From an uncultured bacterium (GTDB lineage Bacteria; Babelota; Babeliae; Babelales; Babelaceae): a stretch of DNA of 64,000 nt. The DNA lies in NCBI GenBank assembly GCA_963722385.1, contig CAVRKK010000001.1, forward strand, positions 1-64,000. Direction: 5' to 3'. Shown here in pieces: positions 20,722 through 30,379 of this stretch; the first letter of the stretch is position 1; each line of letters starts with the position of its first letter. Below the pieces are notes generated by a model that saw only the letters and a list, made by a program, of their open reading frames with translations, ran no database searches and was not told the DNA's origin. A program made the position numbers and the translations under genes.

Positions 20722-20922
20722 ATGTATAAAAAGTTTTATAGATCGTCAACCAATAAGATAATAGCGGGAGTTTGTGGTGGATTGGGTGAATATTTTAGTA
20801 TCGACCCTGTCATCATACGGCTGATTTTTATCTTTGGGCTTTTATTAGGCGGTGGACTGCTTGTTTACCTCATAGCCTGGTTAATTGTTCCCTTGGATAC
20901 CCGGCATGTGCAAGGACAGTAA
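20722..20922 (+). CDS. PspC-domain protein
   Basis: YRS..NKIIAGVCGGLGEYF.IDP..IRL...YLIAWLIVP; GGAGGA RBS. Confidence 0.92.
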   Translation: MYKKFYRSSTNKIIAGVCGGLGEYFSIDPVIIRLIFIFGLLLGGGLLVYLIAWLIVPLDTRHVQGQ

Positions 20923-20947
20923 GAAAGTCCGTTTTGGCAAGTATTTT

Positions 20948-21841
20948 TTAGCGCATCTTCTCAGGCACACTTTTTGCCTGCTCGCGCTTTTTTGCTTTAA
21001 CGACGAGCAGAGTCCAATTATAATCAAGTGAGCCATCTGGTTTGGCCGGAGCGAGGGACGCATATTGCTCAACAAGAGCTTGAGCAAAGAGTTGCTGTTG
21101 CTCGTATGGTAACGAAGATAAGGCTGCTATACCGCCGAGCCATCCCATGAACCAATTAGCGAGTGCCGCTTTATCTTTAAAGCGTAAGGGTAGAACGTCT
21201 TCCTGGACATCGATTGATTCAAATCCAGAGTCTTTGAGCAGCTTTTCAACTTCATTCTTATCTAAAGGAAAATATTGCGCTTCAGGCTTAACGTTTGCCA
21301 GCAAGGAGCGCCAAGGGTCTTTTGCTTTAAGCGCGAGCATTGATTGTACGACCGGGTCTGTTGCCTTTTTGGCCGATGCTATCATGAGAATTTTGCCGCC
21401 AGGCCTGAGCGAGTCTGATACGCCCCGAAAAAATGCGGCTTTATCTTTGATCCAGTGAGCACACGAGAAGGATACAACGAGGTCAAATTTTTTAGAGTAC
21501 CCCAATTTTTGTGCGTCACATACGCTAAATGTTATATTTTGATTCTTGCCATGCTTTTCTTGGGCTGCTTTAATCATGCTTTCTGAGGCATCGATTGCTT
21601 CAATCGTTGAGCCCGGAGCCCTCTTAAATAGCTCTTCGGTAATTTTGCCGCTGCCACATCCGATATCTAGAATTGAACATGCACTTATTGGGTAATTGTT
21701 GAGGGTTTTGAGGGCTGCTTGATATTGAGGGCTCGAGTTTTCTTCGTAATATGAGCCGCTCCACTTTTGTTCCAGAATGCCCTTGGAAAACATTAGTTGC
21801 ACAAGCACTAATAGCACAATAATTGCATGATATATACGCAT
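20948..21841 (-). CDS. Class I SAM-dependent methyltransferase (Tam-like) with N-terminal hydrophobic leader
   Basis: ILDIGCGSG, IDAS.SMI..A, FDLVVSFS..HW, LRPGG. Confidence 0.88.
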   Translation of the reverse strand: MRIYHAIIVLLVLVQLMFSKGILEQKWSGSYYEENSSPQYQAALKTLNNYPISACSILDIGCGSGKITEELFKRAPGSTIEAIDASESMIKAAQEKHGKNQNITFSVCDAQKLGYSKKFDLVVSFSCAHWIKDKAAFFRGVSDSLRPGGKILMIASAKKATDPVVQSMLALKAKDPWRSLLANVKPEAQYFPLDKNEVEKLLKDSGFESIDVQEDVLPLRFKDKAALANWFMGWLGGIAALSSLPYEQQQLFAQALVEQYASLAPAKPDGSLDYNWTLLVVKAKKREQAKSVPEKMR

Positions 21842-22024
21842 TGCTTCTACCCCCTAGCCTATTTATTATTTAATTATTCATGAGCGTAGCAAAGGGATAA
21901 CTATGATCGCAAGAGAAATATGTTTTGAGTGGAATGGTGAAATTAACAAATTAAAGAAAAAAAGTAGGCTGGTCCCAGAATTTATGACAAATGGAGACCA
22001 GCCATACCTAATAATTTCGAGTTA

Positions 22025-23137
22025 TTATCCTAAAGCGCTCTTTAGGTAAGTGATTGCTGTAATAAAACTCTGTAAAGAGCTCGCGGAACCTGTTGTACTC
22101 GTTCCTGTACTTCCGCTTTCTGTGGTCGTAGTCCCCGTATTTGTAGTAGTGCTTGTGCCTGAGCAACCAGAAGTGGTAAACATGGTAACATTGTATGAAT
22201 TATCATCAGCAGTAGCTATATAAGTGCCTAATGGCGCAAATGCTATAGACCAAGGAGAGTTAGAACCCGACGGCAATGCATACGATGTACCTTCGCTCAA
22301 TACGCCTCCTGCTCCTACCTGGAATACCGTTACATCATTTGATCCATAATTAGCAATAACAAGAGATGATCCATTTGATGAAAATGCTAGTGATTGAGGT
22401 TCATCAGAACCGCTTGGTAATGCGTACGAAACCGCTCCTGATAATGCTCCTCCTGCTCCTACTTGATATATTGTTACGTTATTTGAAGAATTATTTGCGG
22501 TAGCAAGATATGACCCATCTGGTGAGAATGCTACTGAAATAGCGTCGTCTGAACCAGAAGGCAATGCATAAGTTACAGCTCCCGATAATACTCCTCCTGC
22601 TCCTACTTGATACATTGTTACGTTATTTGTGCCTGGGGTGGCTACAGCAAGATATAAACCATTGGGAGAAAATGCTACTGACCAGGGATCGCTTGAGCCG
22701 CTTGGCAACGGATATGACGTTGCTCCACTCAGGTTACCGCCAGCTCCCACCTGAAATAGTGTTACTTTGTTTGAACTACGATTAGCAGCAACCAAATAGG
22801 AACCGTCAGGTGAAAAAGATACAGCATTAGAACCAGTCGTACCAGAAGGTAAAGAATATGAAGTACCTTCGCTTAGTGTGCCATCGGATCCTACCTGAAA
22901 GATTGTTACATTATTGGAGCCATAATTAGCAGTAGCGAGATATGAGCCATTGGGTGAAAACGCTACTGAATAAGGGCTCGAAGAGCCGCTTGGCAAAGCA
23001 TATGAGGCTGGGTTGTTGAGCTCGCCGTCTGCCTCTATCTGAAATATTACTACATTAGACGAGCTGACAGCAAGATGGATTTTTTCGTCTATTAGCATAG
23101 CCAATTTTGATGCTTGTATAGCTTGATGGTGTACCAC
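22025..23137 (-). CDS. Beta-propeller repeat protein (paralog of 10050-12362), N-terminus apparently lost
   Basis: Six full plus one partial SYALPSGS...VAFSP.G.YLA.AN repeats, Thr/Ser-rich tail; no signal peptide. Confidence 0.75.
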   Translation of the reverse strand: MVHHQAIQASKLAMLIDEKIHLAVSSSNVVIFQIEADGELNNPASYALPSGSSSPYSVAFSPNGSYLATANYGSNNVTIFQVGSDGTLSEGTSYSLPSGTTGSNAVSFSPDGSYLVAANRSSNKVTLFQVGAGGNLSGATSYPLPSGSSDPWSVAFSPNGLYLAVATPGTNNVTMYQVGAGGVLSGAVTYALPSGSDDAISVAFSPDGSYLATANNSSNNVTIYQVGAGGALSGAVSYALPSGSDEPQSLAFSSNGSSLVIANYGSNDVTVFQVGAGGVLSEGTSYALPSGSNSPWSIAFAPLGTYIATADDNSYNVTMFTTSGCSGTSTTTNTGTTTTESGSTGTSTTGSASSLQSFITAITYLKSALG

Positions 23138-23179
23138 GGCAAGAGCCAGAACTAATTGCTGTCATGAAGACTTAGTCTT

Positions 23180-23890
23180 CTATCCTTGAATAAAGCTCTT
23201 GATGTGCATGAATTTTTCCGGATGTGCTGCCAGGTCAACGGAATTTGCCATTTCTACAATCTCACCATGGTCCATAAGGTAAATTGTGCAACGCAGCTTT
23301 TCAAGTAATTTCATATCGTGGGTTGCTATAATTAACGAGTATCCTTGGTGGGCGAGATCTTGAATTTGTTGGGCAACATAATCAGTAAGCAATGGATCAA
23401 GGGCCGAAGTTGGCTCATCCATGCAGAGAAGCTGAGGCTTGAGGGCAAGCGCACGAGCGATCGATAAGCGCTGCTTCTGGCCGCCGGACAAGCTGCTGAC
23501 AGGCTCTTGAGCTTTGTCTTGCAGCCCATAACGAGCAAGAAGTTCCGCTGCAATTTCGTGCGCTTCAGCCTGTGTCTTGCCAAGCACTTTTTCGAGTGCA
23601 AGTGTGATGTTGCGCTCAACGGTTAGATGCGCAAACAGGTTAAAGTGCTGAAATACCATGCCGATCAAATGGCTTTTTTGAATGGTATCAAGTGGTAGTG
23701 GGTTGCCATTGAATAAGATGCTACCCGAATCAGGCTGTTCTAAGTTATTAAGAATGCGCAACAGGGTTGACTTGCCGACGCCAGAGCCACCGAGCAATAT
23801 TGCAATATCCCCTCGATCTACCGAAAGTGAAACATCTTTTAATATGTGCTTGCCTTTAAATGTTTTGTTGAGATTGCGGATACTGAACAT
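23180..23890 (-). CDS. Polar amino acid ABC transporter ATP-binding protein
   Basis: GGSGVGKST, GMVFQHFNLF, LSGGQKQR, MDEPTSALDP, ATHD. Confidence 0.95.
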   Translation of the reverse strand: MFSIRNLNKTFKGKHILKDVSLSVDRGDIAILLGGSGVGKSTLLRILNNLEQPDSGSILFNGNPLPLDTIQKSHLIGMVFQHFNLFAHLTVERNITLALEKVLGKTQAEAHEIAAELLARYGLQDKAQEPVSSLSGGQKQRLSIARALALKPQLLCMDEPTSALDPLLTDYVAQQIQDLAHQGYSLIIATHDMKLLEKLRCTIYLMDHGEIVEMANSVDLAAHPEKFMHIKSFIQG

Positions 23891-24536
23891 ACCAACCCAT
23901 CTTTCTTTCTAGATAGCTTATGATTAAAGAAACAAGAGATGTCATTATAAGATATAAGACTCCCACGATAAAAAAAACTGAGATGACATCGTAGGTCTGA
24001 TTCATCACCGCGCGCGCTTCTTTATAAAGCTCCATGACGCCAATAATTGAAGCAAGGCTTGAGTCCTTTATTAAGGTGATCATTTCGCTGGCAAGCGCGG
24101 GAAGCACGATGCGCAACGCCTGGGGAAAAACTATGTATTGGGCTATTTGAAACGGGGTAAAGCCCAAAACGCGTCCCGCCTCGCGTTGGTCAACGCCAAC
24201 GGCGTTAATTCCCGAGCGTATTATTTGGCTCACGTATGCCGCGCTATTCATTCCTATTGCTATCACTGCTGTCCAGAATGCAGAGAGTCCTAACCCAATA
24301 GTAGGCAATACATAATAAAAGAATGTGATATGAATCAGCATAGGCGTACCTCGTATAATGGTAACATAAAGAGTTACCAACGAGCGCACCGCTTTAAAGT
24401 GTGATTGCTGCATAAAAGCAAGTATACTGCCTACGACGAAGCCGATCAACCAAGAAAGCGCCGCTATAGCGAGCGTTAAACGTAATCCATGTATTAATTG
24501 GGGAAGTGATGTATAAATGAGCGAAAAGTTAATCAT
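23856..24536 (-). CDS. Polar amino acid ABC transporter permease (HisM family)
   Basis: IRGTPML, NSAAYVS.IIRSGI, QREA...LG, PQA.R, LIKDSSL. Confidence 0.95.
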   Translation of the reverse strand: MINFSLIYTSLPQLIHGLRLTLAIAALSWLIGFVVGSILAFMQQSHFKAVRSLVTLYVTIIRGTPMLIHITFFYYVLPTIGLGLSAFWTAVIAIGMNSAAYVSQIIRSGINAVGVDQREAGRVLGFTPFQIAQYIVFPQALRIVLPALASEMITLIKDSSLASIIGVMELYKEARAVMNQTYDVISVFFIVGVLYLIMTSLVSLIISYLERKMGWYVQYPQSQQNI

Positions 24537-24635
24537 AAGTACCTCAAACATGCTTAATAATAAGTCGCGTATTTGCTGCATTTACAGAGTAGATAACCTG
24601 GTTGCTGCTGTCTGCCAAGACAATTTTAGATTTCG

Positions 24636-25395
24636 TCACCATAATAAATGCCATTTCTTTTTAAGCTCTTTTAACGTGCCGTCGGCTTCAAGACTATCGA
24701 GTGCTTTTTGTATATCTGCTTGCAGCTCAGGATGTCGCGGTGAGATAGCAAGGGCGTAACTATCTGAGGCGTCAGGAATTACGAAGATGTTGAAACAACA
24801 TGGTACCATATTGGTCAAAAAATGGCTGCACTGCACTGCGTGCTGAAACATAAGCATGCGCGCGACCTGCTTTAAGCGCTAAAAATGCTTCAGCTGGTGT
24901 TGGCAACCGATTAAGCACGACATTCTTATTTTGTGCCATATAGGATTCAGCGGTATAGCCATCGTTAACGACGACTTCTTTGCCTTTGAGGTCGTCAAGC
25001 GTCGTGATTGGATGCGTAGCTAGGCTAATAACGACTAACGGGTCATGCTCAAGATAGGGCTTGGTAAATAGTACTTGCTTAGTTCGTTCAGGCGTCGGCG
25101 TCATGGCTGCGGCGATTGCTTGAATACGGCCAAAATTAATTTCAAGTAATAGTGCATCAAAGGCAAGATCTTTATACATAATCTTTTTCCCTATTTTTTT
25201 GGCGACCTCGTTCATGAGGTCAATCTCAAAGCCAACGATTTCACCGTTTCTGGTAAATTCGAAGGGTGGAAAATTGGGATTGGTTCCCACTATTAAGGCA
25301 TCGTCTTCATGAGTCTTGCTTTTTTTCCAAAGGAGCAGGCTCGATATACTGGCAAGCAAGGCTACGAGCAGGATCACATATTTATTGTTCATCAT
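24636..25395 (-). pseudogene. Amino acid (likely arginine) ABC substrate-binding protein, frameshifted at about 24800
   Basis: SBP_bac_3 motifs (VGTNPNFPPFEF, GFEIDL, DDLKGK); the C-terminus (ALDSLEADGTLKELKKKW) is in another frame. Confidence 0.8.
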
Positions 25396-25870
25396 GAATC
25401 TCTTTCTGTTTAAAATGTAAAAGCTTACAGACTGTTGCGTAGACGTGGTGTATATCCTGGCCCAAAGCTGGTGCTACAAATACCACATTTTCTCCTGCAA
25501 CTGTTGCTAAAATGGCGCTGTCATTGGTGAGATCAAGATAATCACCAACGAAGGCGGCCATGCCGGCAAATGTTTTTACCACAACCAACGATTCATTGCG
25601 TGTAACATCACGCACGCCCAAACGCAATATTTCTTTGCTGACATCAACGTCTTTTAACTCGTAAATCATGGTGTCTTGGTATTTTTGCTTGCCAACGCCC
25701 AGCTCTTGCAGATCTCGTGAAACAATAGATTGGGTTGTGTCAATGCCGTATTTGTCTCGCAGCAAGGTAACAAGCAGCGCTTGGTTTTCTACGGGATAGG
25801 TGCGAATAAGCTCGCGTATGGCAGTATGGCGCAAGCGCACTTTGTCGCTTTTATAATGATCATTATTCAT
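25382..25870 (-). CDS. argR: Arginine repressor
   Basis: R...IRELI...V.NQ..L...L...GI.TTQS.VSRDLQELG wHTH; VVVKT..G.A, ATVAGENVV C-terminal domain; heads the ABC operon. Confidence 0.9.
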   Translation of the reverse strand: MNNDHYKSDKVRLRHTAIRELIRTYPVENQALLVTLLRDKYGIDTTQSIVSRDLQELGVGKQKYQDTMIYELKDVDVSKEILRLGVRDVTRNESLVVVKTFAGMAAFVGDYLDLTNDSAILATVAGENVVFVAPALGQDIHHVYATVCKLLHFKQKEIHDEQ

Positions 25871-25883
25871 AGAGAGCCTCGCA

Positions 25884-25939
25884 TTCGAATAAATATTCAA
25901 CATATTTTACATAATAATTCGTTTTGTTTTTATTGTCAA
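25884..25939 (-). promoter_or_regulatory. argR operon promoter with tandem ARG boxes
   Basis: TTGACA-17-TATTAT on the minus strand; ARG-box-like 18-mers TTCGAATAAATATTCAAC (25884-25901) and TTTACATAATAATTCGTT (25906-25923). Confidence 0.65.
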
Positions 25940-25987
25940 GGGTTTTTTGATTTTAAGTTTTGTAAGACTGCTACTGAGCGTATAAAT

Positions 25988-26037
25988 TAACTTCGCAGAA
26001 AAACCCACTTGTGCATTCTGGGTTTTTTGCGAAGTTA
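25988..26037. repeat. Inverted repeat/hairpin
   Basis: TAACTTCGCAGAAAAACCCA...TGGGTTTTTTGCGAAGTTA. Confidence 0.6.
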
Positions 26038-26597
26038 TAAAAGAGGTTTTTATGAGACAACCAAAAAAATTTTATGCCCTTGGAGAGCTTCTACGAAGTG
26101 CTTCATTTACAAATCAAGAATCCAGAACCGCGGAGTAAGTTAAGCTTTGCTTGGTCATTATTTCAGAGCTGGGAAGCATTTGAAAAATTTAGCACCTGTT
26201 GCTCAAGATCTCAATCTACCTCGAGCTATTGTCTCTGTTATCGAGGAAATAAATAATTATATCGTATCTGTTGTGGATAATAATTTTATAGGTTGAGCTC
26301 GCATAGTTATATAGTATTCAAGACTCAATAAGAGAGCCGCTGATGTTTATATGAACGTGAGATGCTATATCGTAATCTTATGGAATAACTATGAAGCATT
26401 GTATCTTTTTGCTTAGTAGTTGTTCTTGTTGGTCTTGAATGAGTTTAACCAAAAAAGTAATGACATCGGTAAGTTAGAAATTAACCGCGCCATGGTTTGA
26501 CCCAATATAATTTACGGTGTGAGCCTCAAGAAAGCTATTGAGTGAGCTGTGATATAATGGTGGGCATGGGCAATTTCTACAAGACAAAGAAAACCGC

Positions 26598-28121
26598 ATG
26601 GACATAGAAAAAAATGGCTTTTTCATGACAAACGGGCGAAAAAGCATTCTGCTTGGTGTTCTTTTATTCTTTGCCTCAAAGAGTTTGGGAGGTGATATTC
26701 TTGAGCTTCAGCATGAAATATATCTTGCAGTCTGTCAGGCATTTGAGGATTTGCAGGCTGATCCTTTTCAAGAGACGGGCGATCATAAACAAGACGTTCT
26801 TGTTTACTATAACCAATTACGTGGGATGGTGAGTCTTCCATTAGTCAATGATCTTGAGCAGATTGATCTTGACTGGCTAGATCGACAGGGGTATTTGATT
26901 TGGAAGCAGCTTATGATCGAGTATTGGCAGAAAAAGGGAATAAGTAATCTGGAAGAGCAGGGCACCGAGTTGTTGGCGAGTATTCACAAGAGCACTGATC
27001 AAAATGCTTTTTTCCCCTATAATTTATTGCGCGAGCTCTTTCATAAGCCCTTGGCAAGGTCCCATCGAGACATCGACAAAATCTGGCTGCGGCAGCAAGA
27101 ATATAGTACATGGAAGAGCCAAATAAGGCGCTATTGGCACGAAACTGGCTTGCTACTCCAATCAGCTCAAATTTCTCATCTGCTCTGGTTGATTGAACAA
27201 AATGACCACGTATCTTCGAATAGCGCGCTGTTTGCTTATAATTTTTTACGTGAGGGGCTGCATCTTCCTTTAGCACCGTCAAGTGATGAAATCGATAGAG
27301 ACTGGTTGCTCATTAAAAAGCTTGATGCGCTCGAAGGGCTGAAAGAGGCGAAGGACCCTGTGATTGCTCAGGAAATTATAGCATATTTGCCGGGAGCGGC
27401 CCCGGCTACTTTTGCTCAACTTATGCTTATAAATAAAACATTACGACTTTTAGATCTTGATGTATCAGAAAAACTTATAGCATTGCGGCACCCGAGTTGC
27501 ATTGTTTCCGGTGAAATTTTTAGGGGTAAAGCGACCGATACCTTATATATCGCTCTCTGCGATCATCATGATTTAGCAGAGCAAGTATCAACGCTGTACC
27601 ACGAATTAGGCCATATCGCCTCGCAGGATATTCCTCACCATTCTGATAAGCGCTGTGAAGATTTTACTGATGACCTTGTTTATGTTCAAGCATATCGCAA
27701 GTTAGGGAAAACGGCATTTAGTACCTCAACAACATTAGGAAAAAATATAGCATCTATCTTGACGAGTAAGCCCGCCTTTTGGGTTGCCCCTGCTGATCGT
27801 GAACAGTACAAGAAAGCACTCATACACAGGCTTTCCGAAAAAAAAGCTGATTTATTTGCTGTTGAGCACCTTCTTGCGCAGCAACAGCTTTCAATCATTA
27901 TGCATCTCCTCGGTTCCGCTCTTGCGTCAATCCACGGAATCGGTAGCGTCACGGCTAAGCAAAATTCCCATCCTTCTTTTTTTGAGCGCCTGTTGTATAT
28001 GGCCGGTTTCTTAGTGGCCCATGGCGTCAACATTGATCAGTTACTCGATGCTTGGTTAGCTCATGGAACCTGCTCTCCTTTCGAAATTGATGGATTCTTG
28101 CCATCTCATAAATATTTCTAA
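26598..28121 (+). CDS. Secreted protein with three internal repeats and a C-terminal M48-like zinc metallopeptidase domain
   Basis: Signal-like N-terminus; 3x YN.LR...ID..WL; HELGH, E..AD.FA, SHP...ER motifs. Confidence 0.7.
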   Translation: MDIEKNGFFMTNGRKSILLGVLLFFASKSLGGDILELQHEIYLAVCQAFEDLQADPFQETGDHKQDVLVYYNQLRGMVSLPLVNDLEQIDLDWLDRQGYLIWKQLMIEYWQKKGISNLEEQGTELLASIHKSTDQNAFFPYNLLRELFHKPLARSHRDIDKIWLRQQEYSTWKSQIRRYWHETGLLLQSAQISHLLWLIEQNDHVSSNSALFAYNFLREGLHLPLAPSSDEIDRDWLLIKKLDALEGLKEAKDPVIAQEIIAYLPGAAPATFAQLMLINKTLRLLDLDVSEKLIALRHPSCIVSGEIFRGKATDTLYIALCDHHDLAEQVSTLYHELGHIASQDIPHHSDKRCEDFTDDLVYVQAYRKLGKTAFSTSTTLGKNIASILTSKPAFWVAPADREQYKKALIHRLSEKKADLFAVEHLLAQQQLSIIMHLLGSALASIHGIGSVTAKQNSHPSFFERLLYMAGFLVAHGVNIDQLLDAWLAHGTCSPFEIDGFLPSHKYF

Positions 28122-28212
28122 TTGAAAAATCTAGTTATTGACTATTGGGGTTGCTTGTTGTTATTCTAATTATAAATAGTTCCAATAGTTAAACAATCCA
28201 AAAGGGGTTACT

Positions 28213-29307
28213 ATGCTAAAAAGAATACATTATATAACTCTTTTAGGTACCGCTTTAACCAGTTTTCAGGGCTTTGGAATAGAGCCGCCGGTGGTACGAC
28301 GAGCGCTTTTTGATATAGGGTCTTCAGGGACGAAGTTGGAGGTTGCTGATGTTGACCCGACAAAACAGAAAGTAAAAGATGTGGTTTTATCGATGTCGCG
28401 GCTTGTTGGGTATCGAAGTGACTTGGCGCGGCAGAAAACTTCTTTGCAAGAACAACCTTATTGTTTTACGCGAGGAACAATTGAGCAAGGGATTCAAGCA
28501 ATTAAGGACTTAAAAGAGGAAGCTGAACGGCTCAGTCCACCCCCAACTGAATACGCGGCTCTTGCAACAGCAGGATTTAGGGCAGCGCCTTGCAGCGATA
28601 CGCTGATCGATCACTATGCCGATAAAACAGGAGTTGAGATAACAACGATTTCGCAAGATGAAGAAGCGCGTCTCGCATTTAATGGCGTGGTGGCGAGAAG
28701 TCGGTTTGATCGTAAGCATGCTGTGTCTTGGGAAACGGGTGGTGGTAGTATGCAAATGGTAATGGAGAGGCCTGATGGCTCATTAGTAATATATGGCACC
28801 ATGGGCAATGTGCCATTCCGCAATATGGTGATCCAGAGCCAGCACAAAAATCCTTTAACAACTTTCAGTCCAAACCCAATGTCGCGAGAAGATGTTGACA
28901 AGGCGGTTGGCCTCGCTATGATACATGCGAGCCTTTTGCCTGCTGAACTTAAGGATAAGCTCAAAAATTCTAAAACCAGGGTGCTTGCTACTGGGGGTAT
29001 AATTGTTACCATACGCTCTGCGATAAAGTCACCAAAGCGTAACACCTTTATGCTTAAAGAGCTGGAAAATGTGCTTGATAATGTTATGGTCGGGCTTACT
29101 GATGAAGACATTACCAAGGAGTTGCATGGTCTTGACCCTTCATTTAGTGTTTCAGGGCTCGCTCTTATTGTTGGTTACATGAAGGCACTTGGTATCGATA
29201 AAATCACGCTCATAACGGGTGGTTTAAGCGAGGGTGCGTTTGTTGATCCGCTCTACTTTGAGGGTACCGAGCATATTTTCCCTGAAGAAGCACACATTTT
29301 GTCATAA
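28213..29307 (+). CDS. Ppx/GppA-family (ASKHA) phosphatase with a signal peptide
   Basis: FDIGSSGTK, ALATAGFR, ISQDEEA, WETGGGSMQ. Confidence 0.82.
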   Translation: MLKRIHYITLLGTALTSFQGFGIEPPVVRRALFDIGSSGTKLEVADVDPTKQKVKDVVLSMSRLVGYRSDLARQKTSLQEQPYCFTRGTIEQGIQAIKDLKEEAERLSPPPTEYAALATAGFRAAPCSDTLIDHYADKTGVEITTISQDEEARLAFNGVVARSRFDRKHAVSWETGGGSMQMVMERPDGSLVIYGTMGNVPFRNMVIQSQHKNPLTTFSPNPMSREDVDKAVGLAMIHASLLPAELKDKLKNSKTRVLATGGIIVTIRSAIKSPKRNTFMLKELENVLDNVMVGLTDEDITKELHGLDPSFSVSGLALIVGYMKALGIDKITLITGGLSEGAFVDPLYFEGTEHIFPEEAHILS

Positions 29308-29322
29308 AAAAAGAGAACGATT

Positions 29323-29353
29323 AAGCCTCGCCTTTGTTTGGGCGAGGCTTTTG
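29323..29353. terminator. Bidirectional intrinsic terminator
   Basis: AAGCCTCGCC...GGCGAGGCTT hairpin between convergent genes. Confidence 0.65.
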
Positions 29354-29797
29354 TTAGCATGTCGTATGAAAAAGGGCGGCAACCTTCTTGCCGGATTTGA
29401 CCAGTTTATTATATAATTCGTAAGCTTTTTGTGTTTGCTCGGCGTAGACTTTTTTGCCTAAGCGTTTTAAATAAAGTTCTGCTTGTGATACCTGAAGTCG
29501 CTCTTCCATGCCCTTGGTTAAAATGATAATATCGACCTCTTGGGCGATTTCTCGGACGTCCTCAATTTGAACGCCTGGCACATGGCGCGTGCCGGTCTTG
29601 CTCCAGTCCCATTCTTTTGAGCCCGTTGGTGAAATAATGGCATCTCGGTAAACATGCTCAGAGTTATCAGCGTGCTTAATAGTAATTTTCCCCCAAGCTA
29701 GGTCTTGAATGACTGGTGCTGTTAGTGAGCCAGTTGCCAAAGATGTCAGGGACAACGATAGTAATAGAGATATGAAACACACGTATTTATTTATCAT
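29354..29797 (-). CDS. Mth938/AAMDC-like domain protein with a signal peptide
   Basis: WG.I, Y.D..I.P.GS.EWDW..TGT.H.PGVQ..DV, GM...L.V, QT..A...YN.L, FHTTC. Confidence 0.88.
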   Translation of the reverse strand: MINKYVCFISLLLSLSLTSLATGSLTAPVIQDLAWGKITIKHADNSEHVYRDAIISPTGSKEWDWSKTGTRHVPGVQIEDVREIAQEVDIIILTKGMEERLQVSQAELYLKRLGKKVYAEQTQKAYELYNKLVKSGKKVAALFHTTC

Positions 29798-30049
29798 TGT
29801 AGTCTCTCCATGTTAAAGCCTCATGACTTTTATTGCTGAGAATTAGTGATTAATTATAAAGTATATATACGAATGGCTATTCCAGCAAAGTTAGATGGGA
29901 TTATTGTCTTATGAATATGATAGTTATTTGTGAACCTGAGATCGATGATAAAAATCAAAGTAACGTATCGTGTGTCCGAAGCAGCCTTCGAGAGAAGGCG
30001 ATTAGCGTACATGGCCTCGAGCCTCATTTACGCCTATGCGGCGAGCATT

Positions 30050-30222
30050 GAATGGCCTACGCGGCCGGCGGCAGGGCAGGTTCTCGCCAACCTCCCTGCA
30101 CCCAGGCGCCGGGCAAGCCCTGGACCCTCGGAACGGCTCTAACTACTGCACCTTGCCTGCCACTCCTCCTCCCCACGCTACAAAGCCAGGGACGCATGCG
30201 TCGGGCTATTCGTAGAGCCTAA
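30050..30222. repeat. GC-rich structured dispersed element, copy A
   Basis: Collinear similarity to 58081-58225 and 43627-43830. Confidence 0.75.
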
Positions 30223-30379
30223 TAAGGCTTTTCTATTTATCCCTTGTTTTGGAAACTATTTATTAGTGAAGTGGGTTATTGAATCTTTCTCCGCAGGAGA
30301 AATGCGCAAAGTGCCTAGCCATGTGCCCCACATGGGTACGGCACATTACAACAGCATACAATTATAGCAAGAATCAGCA

